A DNA stretch of 64,000 bases from Desulfobacterales bacterium. Lineage in GTDB: Bacteria; Desulfobacterota; Desulfobacteria; Desulfobacterales; SURF-7. The notes under the pieces were generated by a model that was given only the letters and a program-made list of their open reading frames with translations, was not told where the DNA came from and did not search any database. Where the stretch lies: the NCBI GenBank assembly GCA_046484745.1, contig JAWOIJ010000090.1, positions 42,877 through 106,876 on the forward strand. Reading direction: 5' to 3'. Position numbers and translations under genes: made by a program. The number at the start of each line of letters is the position of its first letter. Position 1 is the stretch's first letter. Positions 7,985 through 17,506 of this stretch are shown here, piece after piece.

Positions 7985-8904
7985 AAACTGAAAGTATTGT
8001 AGAAAAAGTTATAAAATCAGGGCAGTTGGTGGTAACTTCCGAATGTGGTCCACCCCGGGGCGCGAATCCCGACAAGGTGAGGGAAAAGGCCGAAATGTTA
8101 CGGGGCTATGTGGATGGAATCAATGTGACAGACAATCAGACTGCAATGGTTCGCATGTCCAGCCTGGCGGCTTGTATTATTATTAAGCAGATGGGTCTTG
8201 ATCCGATTCTCCAGATGGTTTCAAGAGATCGAAATCGATTGGCCATGCAGAGTGATATCCTCGGTGCTTACTCCCATGGCATCAATACCATGTTATGCCT
8301 GTCCGGGGACCATATCCATTTTGGAGACCATCCTATGGCGACAAATGTGTATGATCTTGATTCTGTTCAGGCGATACAGATGGTTAAAAAAATGAGAGAT
8401 GAAGGAAAATTTCAGGGAGGAGAGGATATCGACAATCCACCGAAGATGTTTATCGGAGCCGCTGCCAATCCTTTTGCAGATCCTTTTGAGTTAAGGGTTG
8501 CCCGTTTGGCCAAAAAAGTAAAAGCAGGGGTTGATTTTATTCAAACTCAGTGCATTTATAATATGGAAAAGTTCGAAACTTGGATGAAAGGGGTTTGTGA
8601 CCGAGGTCTCCATAAAAAAGTGGCGATTCTTCCCGGCATTACACCGATGAAAACGGTTGGAATGGCAAAATATATGAAGAATCGGGTTCCTGGCATGGAT
8701 GTTCCGGATGAAATCGTAAAGCGGATGGGTGGGATTCCCAAAGAAAAGCAAGCCGAAGAGGGAATAAAAATCGCCGTAGAACAGATTGAACGGCTGAAAG
8801 AGGTTGAAGGTGTGGCAGGATTTCATATCATGGCCATTGAATGGGAACAAAAAGTACCTGAAATCGTTGAGCGGGCCGGACTTCTCCCCAGACCAAAGTT
8901 TTAA
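7981..8904 (+). CDS. metF: Methylenetetrahydrofolate reductase (MetF paralog 2, translationally coupled to MetV)
   Basis: It carries the MTHFR signature 'INVTDNQTAMVRMSSLAACIIIKQ...ILQMVSRDRNRLAMQSDILGAYSHGINTMLCLSGD' and 'GVDFIQTQCIYNMEKF'. Confidence 0.85.
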   Translation: MKTESIVEKVIKSGQLVVTSECGPPRGANPDKVREKAEMLRGYVDGINVTDNQTAMVRMSSLAACIIIKQMGLDPILQMVSRDRNRLAMQSDILGAYSHGINTMLCLSGDHIHFGDHPMATNVYDLDSVQAIQMVKKMRDEGKFQGGEDIDNPPKMFIGAAANPFADPFELRVARLAKKVKAGVDFIQTQCIYNMEKFETWMKGVCDRGLHKKVAILPGITPMKTVGMAKYMKNRVPGMDVPDEIVKRMGGIPKEKQAEEGIKIAVEQIERLKEVEGVAGFHIMAIEWEQKVPEIVERAGLLPRPKF

Positions 8905-8964
8905 AAAATACAATTCTTGAAATTAGAAAATTATGGCTAACTGTTTGTAAAAGGAGACAAGAAA

Positions 8965-9351
8965 ATGAGTGATAAGAAATTCATACTGGTAGTAGATGAT
9001 GATCCGGATTTGGTAGAATCCGTTTCCATGAAACTGGAAAGTGAAAATTTCACGGTTGGAAAAGCCTATGATGGAGTTGAGGCACTGGAAAAAATTAAGG
9101 AAAAACAACCGGATCTGGTTTTGTTGGATGTGATGATGCCTAATAAAAACGGTTATGATCTATGTGAGGAGTTAAAGAGCGATGCCCAGTATAAAGATAT
9201 TGTTGTCGTACTTCTCACAGCCGTGGGAGATGCCGTGACTTCTACCAATTATACACATATTGATGGCAAAACCAACATGGCCGATGATTTTATTCCCAAA
9301 CCAATTGATCTTGATAAGCTTGTTGAAATCATAAAGGATAACCTCGAATAA
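8965..9351 (+). CDS. Single-domain response regulator (CheY-like receiver)
   Basis: 'ILVVDDDPDL...PDLVLLDVMMPNKNGYDLCEELK...PKP' matches a receiver domain, and there is no output domain. An AAGGAG RBS is present. Confidence 0.85.
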   Translation: MSDKKFILVVDDDPDLVESVSMKLESENFTVGKAYDGVEALEKIKEKQPDLVLLDVMMPNKNGYDLCEELKSDAQYKDIVVVLLTAVGDAVTSTNYTHIDGKTNMADDFIPKPIDLDKLVEIIKDNLE

Positions 9352-9478
9352 ATTCACGGCTACATGATTTTTTCGGGTAATTACGGAATAACTGCCTGAC
9401 GGAAAAAATCTGTCTGGAATAGGGATCGTTTCCTGTTGTTTTTTTTGATTATATTATGAAAGGGGAACTGCATCTGCC

Positions 9479-9934
9479 ATGGAGAAGGACAGACTCAAGG
9501 GTATTAATATCAGCTCAGAGCTTGTTTTGCTGAATATTTCCGGGGTTGAAAATTTTTTTGTTTCAGTCTCTCCTTTTTTCCAGGCTTTAAAAAAGAATAA
9601 GATCAATACACCCTTTCTCTCAACCACATTTTCCGCTAAGGGGGGGGCGGCTGTGTCCTGTTGCTTTGCAAAGGAAGATATAGAACGGGTAAAGGAAATT
9701 GTTCAAAAAAATGACAGCCTCAAGAAAAATGCCTATTATATCCATGAGGTCGGCCTTCTTTCTGTTTTTCCACATCGCTTCAGCCTGAATGCCTTTAGCC
9801 TTTCGCTTGCTGTTTTAAGACGTGCGAATCTTCCTTTACTGGGGATGTCCTCATCGATATCTTCGTTGATATTTGTCCTGAAACATAACACCCTGGGAAA
9901 GGCTGTTGATTCTTTGAAAGCCTCTTTATTTTAA
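9479..9934 (+). CDS. Hypothetical protein with ACT-like (aspartokinase C-terminal-like) repeats
   Basis: The pattern 'VGLLSVFPHRFSLNAFSLSLAVLRRANLPLLGMSSSISSLIFVLKHNTLGKAVDSLKASL' resembles an ACT fold (beta-alpha-beta-beta-alpha-beta). This is a weak call made by eye. Confidence 0.35.
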   Translation: MEKDRLKGINISSELVLLNISGVENFFVSVSPFFQALKKNKINTPFLSTTFSAKGGAAVSCCFAKEDIERVKEIVQKNDSLKKNAYYIHEVGLLSVFPHRFSLNAFSLSLAVLRRANLPLLGMSSSISSLIFVLKHNTLGKAVDSLKASLF

Positions 9935-9961
9935 CAAGAGAGTATGCATTGAAGTGGTGAC

Positions 9962-10492
9962 ATGGCAGGCAAAACAAAAAAAATGATGGAAACATCTGCT
10001 GTTTATTGGGAACCCAAGATCAAAATATATGGCTTTCATGAGGTTTCCGATTTGTCTCTGCTTGAGGCGACCGTTAAGACAAAGCAAATTACGCTGATTG
10101 GTTCTTTGTTAAGTGATCTGGATGATTCTGAAATCAATTTTAATTTAATTTTGATTCAAACCTTGAAAGCCCATACTTCAAATCTCTACCTGGTGTTTGA
10201 CAGAAAATGGGAGGGAAAAGTACAACGATACTTCGATTCAATACTCCAGAAAGAAAGTGAAGAATCATTTCTGATTCGATCTCCCGTGGAACTTATCTAT
10301 TTTTTCGGTCCTCATTTTGGCGAGCGCTATGGAATCGCTGACACGATATTTCAGGTTTTGCTGGAAAACAACCTTTCGATTCTGGCTGCCGGCTTTTCCG
10401 GATCAGCCGTGTATCTTGTTTTACCTGAAAACGGAATCGAAAAAGTCAGGCCTGTTCTTTCAAGTGCTTTTGAAGTGCCGAAAAGTAAATAA
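9962..10492 (+). CDS. Hypothetical protein with an ACT-like C-terminal domain
   Basis: 'LIYFFGPHFGERYGIADTIFQVLLENNLSILAAGFSGSAVYLVLPENGIEKVRPVLSSAFE' is ACT-like. It starts 27 nt after the previous ORF. Confidence 0.35.
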   Translation: MAGKTKKMMETSAVYWEPKIKIYGFHEVSDLSLLEATVKTKQITLIGSLLSDLDDSEINFNLILIQTLKAHTSNLYLVFDRKWEGKVQRYFDSILQKESEESFLIRSPVELIYFFGPHFGERYGIADTIFQVLLENNLSILAAGFSGSAVYLVLPENGIEKVRPVLSSAFEVPKSK

Positions 10493-10590
10493 TTTTCAAA
10501 TCAATCAATTTTAACTGGATGATATAACAATACATTAAAATTAATGATCCCAATCAGTAAGAAATTTGAGAGTATGAAGGTTCTTATCCC

Positions 10591-12072
10591 ATGATCAAAG
10601 ATGATTCAAAAGAGAATGATTGGCGGTATAGAGTTTTCGATTCGCTTTCATATCCAACCCTTATCCTTGATTTAGATAAAAACATTCTGGATATCAATTC
10701 GAGCTTTCTGGAAAAATTCGGAAAAGGAAAGGAGGTAATCGGAAAGAAGTGCCATGAACATTTTTTTCAATCCAGCGTACCATGCTCATTTGATAATTGT
10801 CCTTTTTATAAGGTGATAACCAAAAAGAAAGGGCAATCCATCCTGATGCGGGTGATTCATGATGGCGAGGAAAAATGGGAGGATCGGGTTTTCTCGCCCA
10901 TACTGGACGATAAGGGTGAGGTCGCATATCTCCGAGAAAGTATCCGGGATGTGACGCAGGTTAAAACCTTGGAAAAAGAATTAAAGGGGGTCCAGAATGT
11001 TTTTGAAAAGGTCGTTCAGAGTTCTGCAAGTGGCATTGTCGCTGCGGATATGAAGGGTAATGTTCTGTTGATGAACCGGGCGGCTGAAGATCTTTTTGGA
11101 TATTCATACCGAGAGTTTATTCAAAAAAAAAATGTCAGGGACTTTTATCCGCCAGGTGTTGCAGAAGAAATAATGAAAAAGCTTCGGAGTGACGATTATG
11201 GCGGCAGAGGCAAGTTAAACAATATTAAGATTGATATTGTCAATTCAAAAAACGAGAAAATTTCGGGAGAAATAGCGGCTGCGATTATTTATGAAGGTTC
11301 GAGAGAAGTTGCCACGATGGGGATTTATACAGACCTGCGGGAAAAGCTTGCCGTGGAAAAGAAGTTAAAGGAAACCCAGAAACGTCTTTTGCAATCGGAA
11401 AAAATGGCTTCTATAGGGCAACTGGCTGCCGGTGTGGCTCATGAAATTAACAACCCGTTAACCGGGATTCTTTTTTATGCGAACATGGTGCTTGAAAGCT
11501 GTGACAAGGATGATTCGATGCGCGAAGACATGAAATGTATCATCGAAGATGTCCAACGGTGCAAAGGGATTGTTAAGGATCTGCTGGTCTACAGCCGCCA
11601 GACGAATCCAGCCAAAGAATTGATCGACCTCAATTCGATTATTGTGAAAAGCCTCTCTTTGATTCATGACCAAAAACTTTTTGGCAATATTACAATAAAG
11701 AAAATAATGCCTGATGAGATTATGATGATCAATGCTGATAAACAGCAAATCAACCAGGTGATCATTAACCTTGTGATGAATGCAGGGGATGCAATGGATG
11801 GAAACGGAACCTTAACGTTACAAACTTATTGTGACCGGGCGGCAAAAAAGATTTTTCTGGAGATTTCAGATACAGGATGCGGGATCTCACAAAAAAATTT
11901 ACCCCATATTTTTGATCCTTTTTTCACAACAAAAGAGCTTGGAAAAGGTACTGGCCTGGGTCTGAGCACTGTGTATGGGATTATAAAAGAGAACGGAGGG
12001 TATATTTCGGTTAAAAAAACTGACAATACGGGAACAACCTTTTTAATTGAGTTTCCTCTTTATAGTACCTGA
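10591..12072 (+). CDS. PAS-domain sensor histidine kinase (soluble)
   Basis: It has two PAS-like segments and an H-box 'AAGVAHEINNPLT'. The N and G boxes are 'NLVMNAGDAM', 'DTGCGI' and 'GTGLGLS'. No TM segment is evident. The first PAS carries a Cys-rich patch, 'CHEHFFQSSVPCSFDNCPF'. Confidence 0.85.
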   Translation: MIKDDSKENDWRYRVFDSLSYPTLILDLDKNILDINSSFLEKFGKGKEVIGKKCHEHFFQSSVPCSFDNCPFYKVITKKKGQSILMRVIHDGEEKWEDRVFSPILDDKGEVAYLRESIRDVTQVKTLEKELKGVQNVFEKVVQSSASGIVAADMKGNVLLMNRAAEDLFGYSYREFIQKKNVRDFYPPGVAEEIMKKLRSDDYGGRGKLNNIKIDIVNSKNEKISGEIAAAIIYEGSREVATMGIYTDLREKLAVEKKLKETQKRLLQSEKMASIGQLAAGVAHEINNPLTGILFYANMVLESCDKDDSMREDMKCIIEDVQRCKGIVKDLLVYSRQTNPAKELIDLNSIIVKSLSLIHDQKLFGNITIKKIMPDEIMMINADKQQINQVIINLVMNAGDAMDGNGTLTLQTYCDRAAKKIFLEISDTGCGISQKNLPHIFDPFFTTKELGKGTGLGLSTVYGIIKENGGYISVKKTDNTGTTFLIEFPLYST

Positions 12073-12089
12073 TAAAGGAATCATGAATT

Positions 12090-13553
12090 ATGGCAGATAA
12101 CATGAGTGCAGAAGAAATGTTTAAGTATAAAATTCTCGTCATCGATGATGAAAAGCGGATTCGTGATGTTACCTTTCGAATGCTGACACAGGAAGGGTTC
12201 GAGGTTGCCGTGGCTGAAACAGGCGATGCCGGCATGAAAATGATCGAAGAAAAAAATTTTGATATCATTTTACTCGATCTGATGATGCCCGGGGTTTCGG
12301 GTTTGGATGTGCTGCCATATCTGAAGACCCATCATCCGTATTCCGTGGTGATTGTGATTACAGGGTATGCCACGCTTGAACATTCCATTGAGGCAATGAA
12401 AAAGGGTGCTTTTGATTTTATCCCAAAGCCATTCGATCCCCAGGATCTTCGTATTGTAATCGCGAAGGCCATTGAGTTTATCAGCACCTTACAGGATATC
12501 GCCAATGAAAAATCGCGGATGGGTGTTCTGATCAATCAGATCTCAGGCGGTGTAATGGCTACCGACATACAAAAAAGGATTGCCCTTGCCAACCCTGCTT
12601 TTTTAAAAATGATCGATTTTTTTGGACAGGATGTCATTGGCCAGCCGGTTTCCAAAATTGTGAAAAATGAAAAAATCGTAAGAATGATTGATCAGGCACT
12701 GTCCATGCCAATGGAGTCTTTTTCGGATTTTACGGAAGAACTTGTTCTTGGAAAGAATATCCTGAGCGCTCGGTGCATTCCCTTTCGTGACAGGCTGGAT
12801 CGGAACCTTGGAACAATTATGGTAATGCATGATATCACGGCACTAAAAAAGATAGATCAGTTGAAATCCGATTTTGTGAATATGGTTGCACATGAGATCC
12901 GCAGCCCCCTGAATTCCATATCCATGCAGTTGAAAGTGATTCTCGATGGTCTGGCTGGTTCGATTACGGAAAAGCAGCAGGAAATTCTCAGCAGAGCATC
13001 TGCAAAAATCAACGCCCTAAGCAATCTTTCCACTGAACTTCTTGACTTGGCCAGGATTGAATCCGGATTGATAACACAGGAAAGAGAAAAATTTCAAATC
13101 GGTAGCTTGTTACAGGACCAGGTGGCTTTTTTTCAGGAAGCCGCAAGATCAAAAGGGATATCTCTTGAACTGGATACGCTTCCAGACCTCCCTCCGGTGC
13201 TTGCCAATAAAAGCAATATGGAAGAAGTTTTTTCAAATCTGATTACAAATGCAATTCATTACACTCCGGAAAATGGTAAAATATCGATTCTTGCCGTGGC
13301 GTTGAAAACGCATCTATGTGTAAGTATTAGTGATACAGGTTTCGGCATTTCCAGTGAAGATCTTCCGAAAATATTTGAACGGTTTTATCGTGTAAAAAAT
13401 GAAAAAACGCGACACATTACCGGGACCGGACTGGGACTTCCCATTGTAAAAAGTATCTTGGAAGCTCACAACGGCAAAATACGGGTAGAAAGTGAGCTGA
13501 ATAAAGGAAGTACTTTTTATGTTTATCTTCCGTTGAGCATACAGTCGCTATGA
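12090..13553 (+). CDS. Hybrid receiver-PAS-histidine kinase
   Basis: It has an N-terminal receiver ('ILVIDDE...DIILLDLMMPGVSGLDV...PKPF'), a PAS-like middle region and an H-box 'MVAHEIRSPLN'. The ATPase motifs are 'NLITNAIHYT', 'DTGFGI' and 'GTGLGLPIV'. It starts 17 nt after the previous kinase. Confidence 0.85.
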   Translation: MADNMSAEEMFKYKILVIDDEKRIRDVTFRMLTQEGFEVAVAETGDAGMKMIEEKNFDIILLDLMMPGVSGLDVLPYLKTHHPYSVVIVITGYATLEHSIEAMKKGAFDFIPKPFDPQDLRIVIAKAIEFISTLQDIANEKSRMGVLINQISGGVMATDIQKRIALANPAFLKMIDFFGQDVIGQPVSKIVKNEKIVRMIDQALSMPMESFSDFTEELVLGKNILSARCIPFRDRLDRNLGTIMVMHDITALKKIDQLKSDFVNMVAHEIRSPLNSISMQLKVILDGLAGSITEKQQEILSRASAKINALSNLSTELLDLARIESGLITQEREKFQIGSLLQDQVAFFQEAARSKGISLELDTLPDLPPVLANKSNMEEVFSNLITNAIHYTPENGKISILAVALKTHLCVSISDTGFGISSEDLPKIFERFYRVKNEKTRHITGTGLGLPIVKSILEAHNGKIRVESELNKGSTFYVYLPLSIQSL

Positions 13554-13582
13554 GCAACGGGAAGCCAATGTGGTAGCATAGA

Positions 13583-14182
13583 ATGAAAAAAAAACAGAAA
13601 ATTATCAAGGAGGCGATTCGGTTGTTTGCTGAACGCGGTTTTGATGCAACCACCACGCTCAAAATAGCTGAGGTGGCAAATGTGACGGAACCGCTTATTT
13701 TTTATCACTTTAAAAATAAGGATGGGCTCTTTGCCGAAGCCATTGAATGTATTTTTTTTGAGTATTTTTCAAGGCTGGAATCTCTTAAAATTAAAACCGA
13801 GACTGAATTTGAGAATATTGAAAACCTCATTAGTATGCATTTTGATTATATGGTGGAAATGCCAAGCGAGTCATATCTGGTTGCAAGCGCATGCCCTGCC
13901 AGACTGAGAAATTTTGAACACATATGTGCCAAAAATATCAAAGAGCAAAGAAAACGATTAACCTCTTTTCTCACAGGTTGCCTGGAACGGGGGATTCAAA
14001 AAAAGGAATTTTGGAATGTTCCGGTTGCACATACCGTAACGCTTTTTTTATCTTCAATTATCGGTCTCATGCGTCAAGAGACACGGTTCCCGGGCAACAA
14101 AAAGGCAGCCTCCGATATTTACATTTCAGGGCTAAAGGAAGTCGCTGTTATGTTTTGCAGAAGGAGTATCGTAAGAATATAG
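13583..14182 (+). CDS. TetR/AcrR family transcriptional regulator
   Basis: The N-terminal HTH 'IIKEAIRLFAERGFDATTTLKIAEVANVTEPLIFYHFKNKDGLF' is typical TetR_N. Confidence 0.8.
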   Translation: MKKKQKIIKEAIRLFAERGFDATTTLKIAEVANVTEPLIFYHFKNKDGLFAEAIECIFFEYFSRLESLKIKTETEFENIENLISMHFDYMVEMPSESYLVASACPARLRNFEHICAKNIKEQRKRLTSFLTGCLERGIQKKEFWNVPVAHTVTLFLSSIIGLMRQETRFPGNKKAASDIYISGLKEVAVMFCRRSIVRI

Positions 14183-14347
14183 ATTCCGATTTTTATGTTC
14201 ATATCAATTTTTCTATACTGCTTTTTTTCCCCTCAAGACATCCAAGATCGTCACACAGGATTTTTTTTTGGGTATCCCATTCTTTCGAAACCGACTTGAA
14301 GTGAAAAATAGTTTTGATAAGCACAATGGATACTATCCGGAGGTTGT

Positions 14348-16201
14348 CTATCGAGTTCTGTTGATTTGATTTTCAAGGGCTTTTCGAAACTTTGTCAGTT
14401 GATTCTCAAAATGCAATCGATCTGTTTCTTTTCTCACAAGTGAAAGCGCCTTTTTTTCTGTTGAAAATGCTTTGTCAAAATATCCGTTCACAAAATAAGC
14501 TTCCGCCAGCGTGTCTTGAATATGCGCTGCCTTTTTCAGGCGATCCGCTTTTTTGGCAAGGATGAGAGCCCTTTTGGGATCTCGAAACGACTTATCCTCG
14601 CAGGTTGCCAGAAGCCATGCGAGATTATTCAATATTTCAGGATCATCCGGAGTAATTAACAGACCCTTTTCGTAACTGCGGATGGCATCTGAATGCCTTT
14701 TCAACGATATGGTATAATAGTCGCCCATCTCCCTGAGTAGAGATGAATTTTCTGGATTCTTGTTAATTTCCCGGATGAAAAGTGTTTCAATAAGGTAGCT
14801 GTTGAGTTTTTTGCCTGTTTTACCAAAATTCAGATCATAAACGGCAATTCCGGAAAGAATTGTTGCAGCAAGATAAATCGTGATGCTTTTTTGAATCTTT
14901 CTGTGGTGTCTTCTGACCCATACCCTGTTTGTTTCACATTGGTTTAAATAATCAATTCGTTCTTTAATGCTGAAATGATGCCAGTTCGGCCTGTCCGGAG
15001 GATGGCCGCTTATGATTGCTATTTTTCGAAGAGATGAAATGAGAGGCAGCGCATTATCAAGGAGTTCATAAACATAAATATCTGCCTGTCGTTCAAAATT
15101 ACGCATGAAGTAACCGAACAGATATCTGAAATAGACAATAAAAAAACCAATGAGAAAAATGCTTATAAGGGCTGAAACCAGAGATTCTCTGTCGATGCCT
15201 GCATCTATTAAAAAGCGGTATGCCGGTTCTATATAAATAATAAAATATACTACAAGATTGAATCCGGCAAAAGTAAGGAGCATATAACCCGCAAAAAAGA
15301 AGAGGTAAAACAGCAGATGTCTTTTTTTAACATGTCCGATTTCGTGAGCCATGACAGCGTCGAGTTCTTTTGAGTCAAGAAAACGAAGAAGCGCTGGAGT
15401 CACAAGGATGAAGCGGAATTTTTTGATAAGCCCCATCACGCCGGCCGTAATCATTTGCCCGCCGAATAAAGGCCACTTGAGAATGTCGGAATATTCGAGG
15501 TGGGCTTTTTTGCAGAAATCCTCTATTTGTGTTCTATGCACACCCTGATCCAGAGGAGTGCATCCCCAGAACTTTTGAATAAGAAGAGGGCCGGTTATTG
15601 CAGCAGTTATGAGGAAAAATAGAAAGTAGATTGCCTGCCCGATAGGTGTTAAAAGCGCGTTCTTGATCGGGCTAAAAGGAAGGATGAAGATAATATCCGA
15701 AATTCCCGATAGCAGGAGCCACGGTAAAAGTACAGGAATTGAAAAAGAGAGATTAGAAAATATATATTCTTTTCGCGCCACACCCGCGCCATGAAGGAGA
15801 GCGTGACATCTGTAAGCAATGGACCAGATTGAAGAGAGATATAAAAGAAATATGCCAATAAAGATCAGCGCCGAAAGCGTTGGAATTGATTTCAGAAGAG
15901 GTATCTCGGTAAGAAAAGCGGGAAGAGAGAGTCCGTAAATGTCAATGGCGAAAAAGGCAACCGCCATGATGCTTTGGCGCGTTATCAGGGAATCAAAAGC
16001 ATGGCTGAGTCGTTGTGATTTTTCGATTTGGATTTTCTTTTCCAGATTACGGAAAAGAAACGTGGTAATGCTGTAAAAAAGAAGAAAAAGCAGCGTAAAA
16101 AGAAAAAACGCTTCAGTGAACTTTATGGTTGTTTCTTCAGGTGGCTGGTAGGTCGTATATATCAGAAGGACGATAATGATGTATAGGAAATTGCCAAACA
16201 T
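14348..16201 (-). CDS. Membrane-embedded M48 family zinc metallopeptidase with C-terminal TPR repeats
   Basis: It contains the HExxH motif 'AHEIGHVKKRH', multiple hydrophobic helices and C-terminal TPR-like repeats ('AIRSYEKGLLITPDDPEILNNLAWLLAT...'). Confidence 0.8.
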   Translation of the reverse strand: MFGNFLYIIIVLLIYTTYQPPEETTIKFTEAFFLFTLLFLLFYSITTFLFRNLEKKIQIEKSQRLSHAFDSLITRQSIMAVAFFAIDIYGLSLPAFLTEIPLLKSIPTLSALIFIGIFLLYLSSIWSIAYRCHALLHGAGVARKEYIFSNLSFSIPVLLPWLLLSGISDIIFILPFSPIKNALLTPIGQAIYFLFFLITAAITGPLLIQKFWGCTPLDQGVHRTQIEDFCKKAHLEYSDILKWPLFGGQMITAGVMGLIKKFRFILVTPALLRFLDSKELDAVMAHEIGHVKKRHLLFYLFFFAGYMLLTFAGFNLVVYFIIYIEPAYRFLIDAGIDRESLVSALISIFLIGFFIVYFRYLFGYFMRNFERQADIYVYELLDNALPLISSLRKIAIISGHPPDRPNWHHFSIKERIDYLNQCETNRVWVRRHHRKIQKSITIYLAATILSGIAVYDLNFGKTGKKLNSYLIETLFIREINKNPENSSLLREMGDYYTISLKRHSDAIRSYEKGLLITPDDPEILNNLAWLLATCEDKSFRDPKRALILAKKADRLKKAAHIQDTLAEAYFVNGYFDKAFSTEKKALSLVRKETDRLHFENQLTKFRKALENQINRTR

Positions 16202-16274
16202 AGGGTCGCTGCTTTTTAAATGGTGTGCCTGATATTCGTTTTGTAAAAAAATGGTTGTTATGGAACTATTGTTA

Positions 16275-16826
16275 TTATTTCAAAATTTTTTTCTTTTCCG
16301 GTTCATAGAATCTTTCCTTCTCACTGTAGATGCACCCACAGTACTGCTGGCGATACATTCCCAGAGATTTTGATTCTTCAACCCCTTCTTTCCATCCTTT
16401 TCGAAAATCGTGATAGTAAAAATTGATACCAACAGATTTCCCGACAGCCTCTCCGATTGATCGGATCATTTCATGTTTTTGGAATTTGCTGTACAGGAGT
16501 GTTGAAGAAAAAAAGTCGAACCTGCCATGTTTTGCGAGAAGTGCTGTAGACTTCAGCCGTTCATGATAACACAGGCTGCATCTTTCCTTTTCCCGAAAAA
16601 TAATATTTCTGAGAAACGTCTCAAGTTCGTATCCCTCCTGAAGTATTAAATTGAGATTAATGCTCTCGGCATATTTTTCAAGCGTTTTCTGGCGTCTCAG
16701 ACATTCCGTGTACGGGTGGATGTTGTGTCGGTAATAATATCCCATAACATCCATCCCGGCATTTCTCAGCGCTTTTACAGGATATATGGAGCAGGGACCG
16801 CAACAGATATGCAATAGAATTTTCAT
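16275..16826 (-). CDS. queH: Epoxyqueuosine reductase QueH (DUF208 family)
   Basis: The N-terminal 'MKILLHICCGPCSIYPV' and C-terminal 'YRQQYCGCIYS' Cys motifs are characteristic. Confidence 0.8.
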   Translation of the reverse strand: MKILLHICCGPCSIYPVKALRNAGMDVMGYYYRHNIHPYTECLRRQKTLEKYAESINLNLILQEGYELETFLRNIIFREKERCSLCYHERLKSTALLAKHGRFDFFSSTLLYSKFQKHEMIRSIGEAVGKSVGINFYYHDFRKGWKEGVEESKSLGMYRQQYCGCIYSEKERFYEPEKKKILK

Positions 16827-17506
16827 GTTCTTGCTCCAAATATTGCGGTTCCTATCCGGATAAGAGTCGCGCCTTCCTTGATGGCAACTTCAAAATCACC
16901 GGTCATGCCCATGGAAAGTTCTTTCATCTCGACATTGGGAAGGGTTTCATTTTTTATTCGCTCGTTGATCTTTCGCAACGCTTTAAAATACGGGGCGGCT
17001 TTTTCCGGTGCATCATAAAATGGCGGGATGGTCATGATGCCTTTGATCCTGAGGTTGCTGAAATTGCTTATTTTTTTGGCAAAATCAATAGCTTCGCCAG
17101 GGGGAATGCCTGATTTGGAAATTTCCATACCGGTATTGACCTGCAAAAGAATTTTTTGAATTTTGTTTATTTTTTTTGCCTGCCGATTCAGTTCATCGGC
17201 GAGTTTGATGGAGTCAACCGTGTGAATCATGTCAAAAAGTTTAACCGCATATTTTGCTTTATTGCTCTGGAGATGCCCGATAAAATGCCATGAAACACGG
17301 CTGTCGGAAATTTCTGCTATTTTTTGTTTTGCTTCCTGAATATAGTTTTCACCAAAAAGGGTCTGTCCATTATCAATCGCCTCGCGGATCATTGCAGTTG
17401 GTATGGTTTTACTAACCGCAACGAGCTTTATTGATTTTACATCCCGGCTGCATGAAAGGGCTGCCGCCTGAATTCGAGTATGGATCGTTTCCAGTTTTTT
17501 TTTCAA
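16823..17506 (-). CDS. yggS: YggS family pyridoxal-phosphate homeostasis protein
   Basis: 'IKLVAVSKT...FGENYIQE...WHFIGHLQSNK...LSMGMTGDFEVAIKEGATLIRIGTAIFG' matches the family. It has 4-nt overlaps with both neighbours. Confidence 0.85.
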   Translation of the reverse strand: MKKKLETIHTRIQAAALSCSRDVKSIKLVAVSKTIPTAMIREAIDNGQTLFGENYIQEAKQKIAEISDSRVSWHFIGHLQSNKAKYAVKLFDMIHTVDSIKLADELNRQAKKINKIQKILLQVNTGMEISKSGIPPGEAIDFAKKISNFSNLRIKGIMTIPPFYDAPEKAAPYFKALRKINERIKNETLPNVEMKELSMGMTGDFEVAIKEGATLIRIGTAIFGART

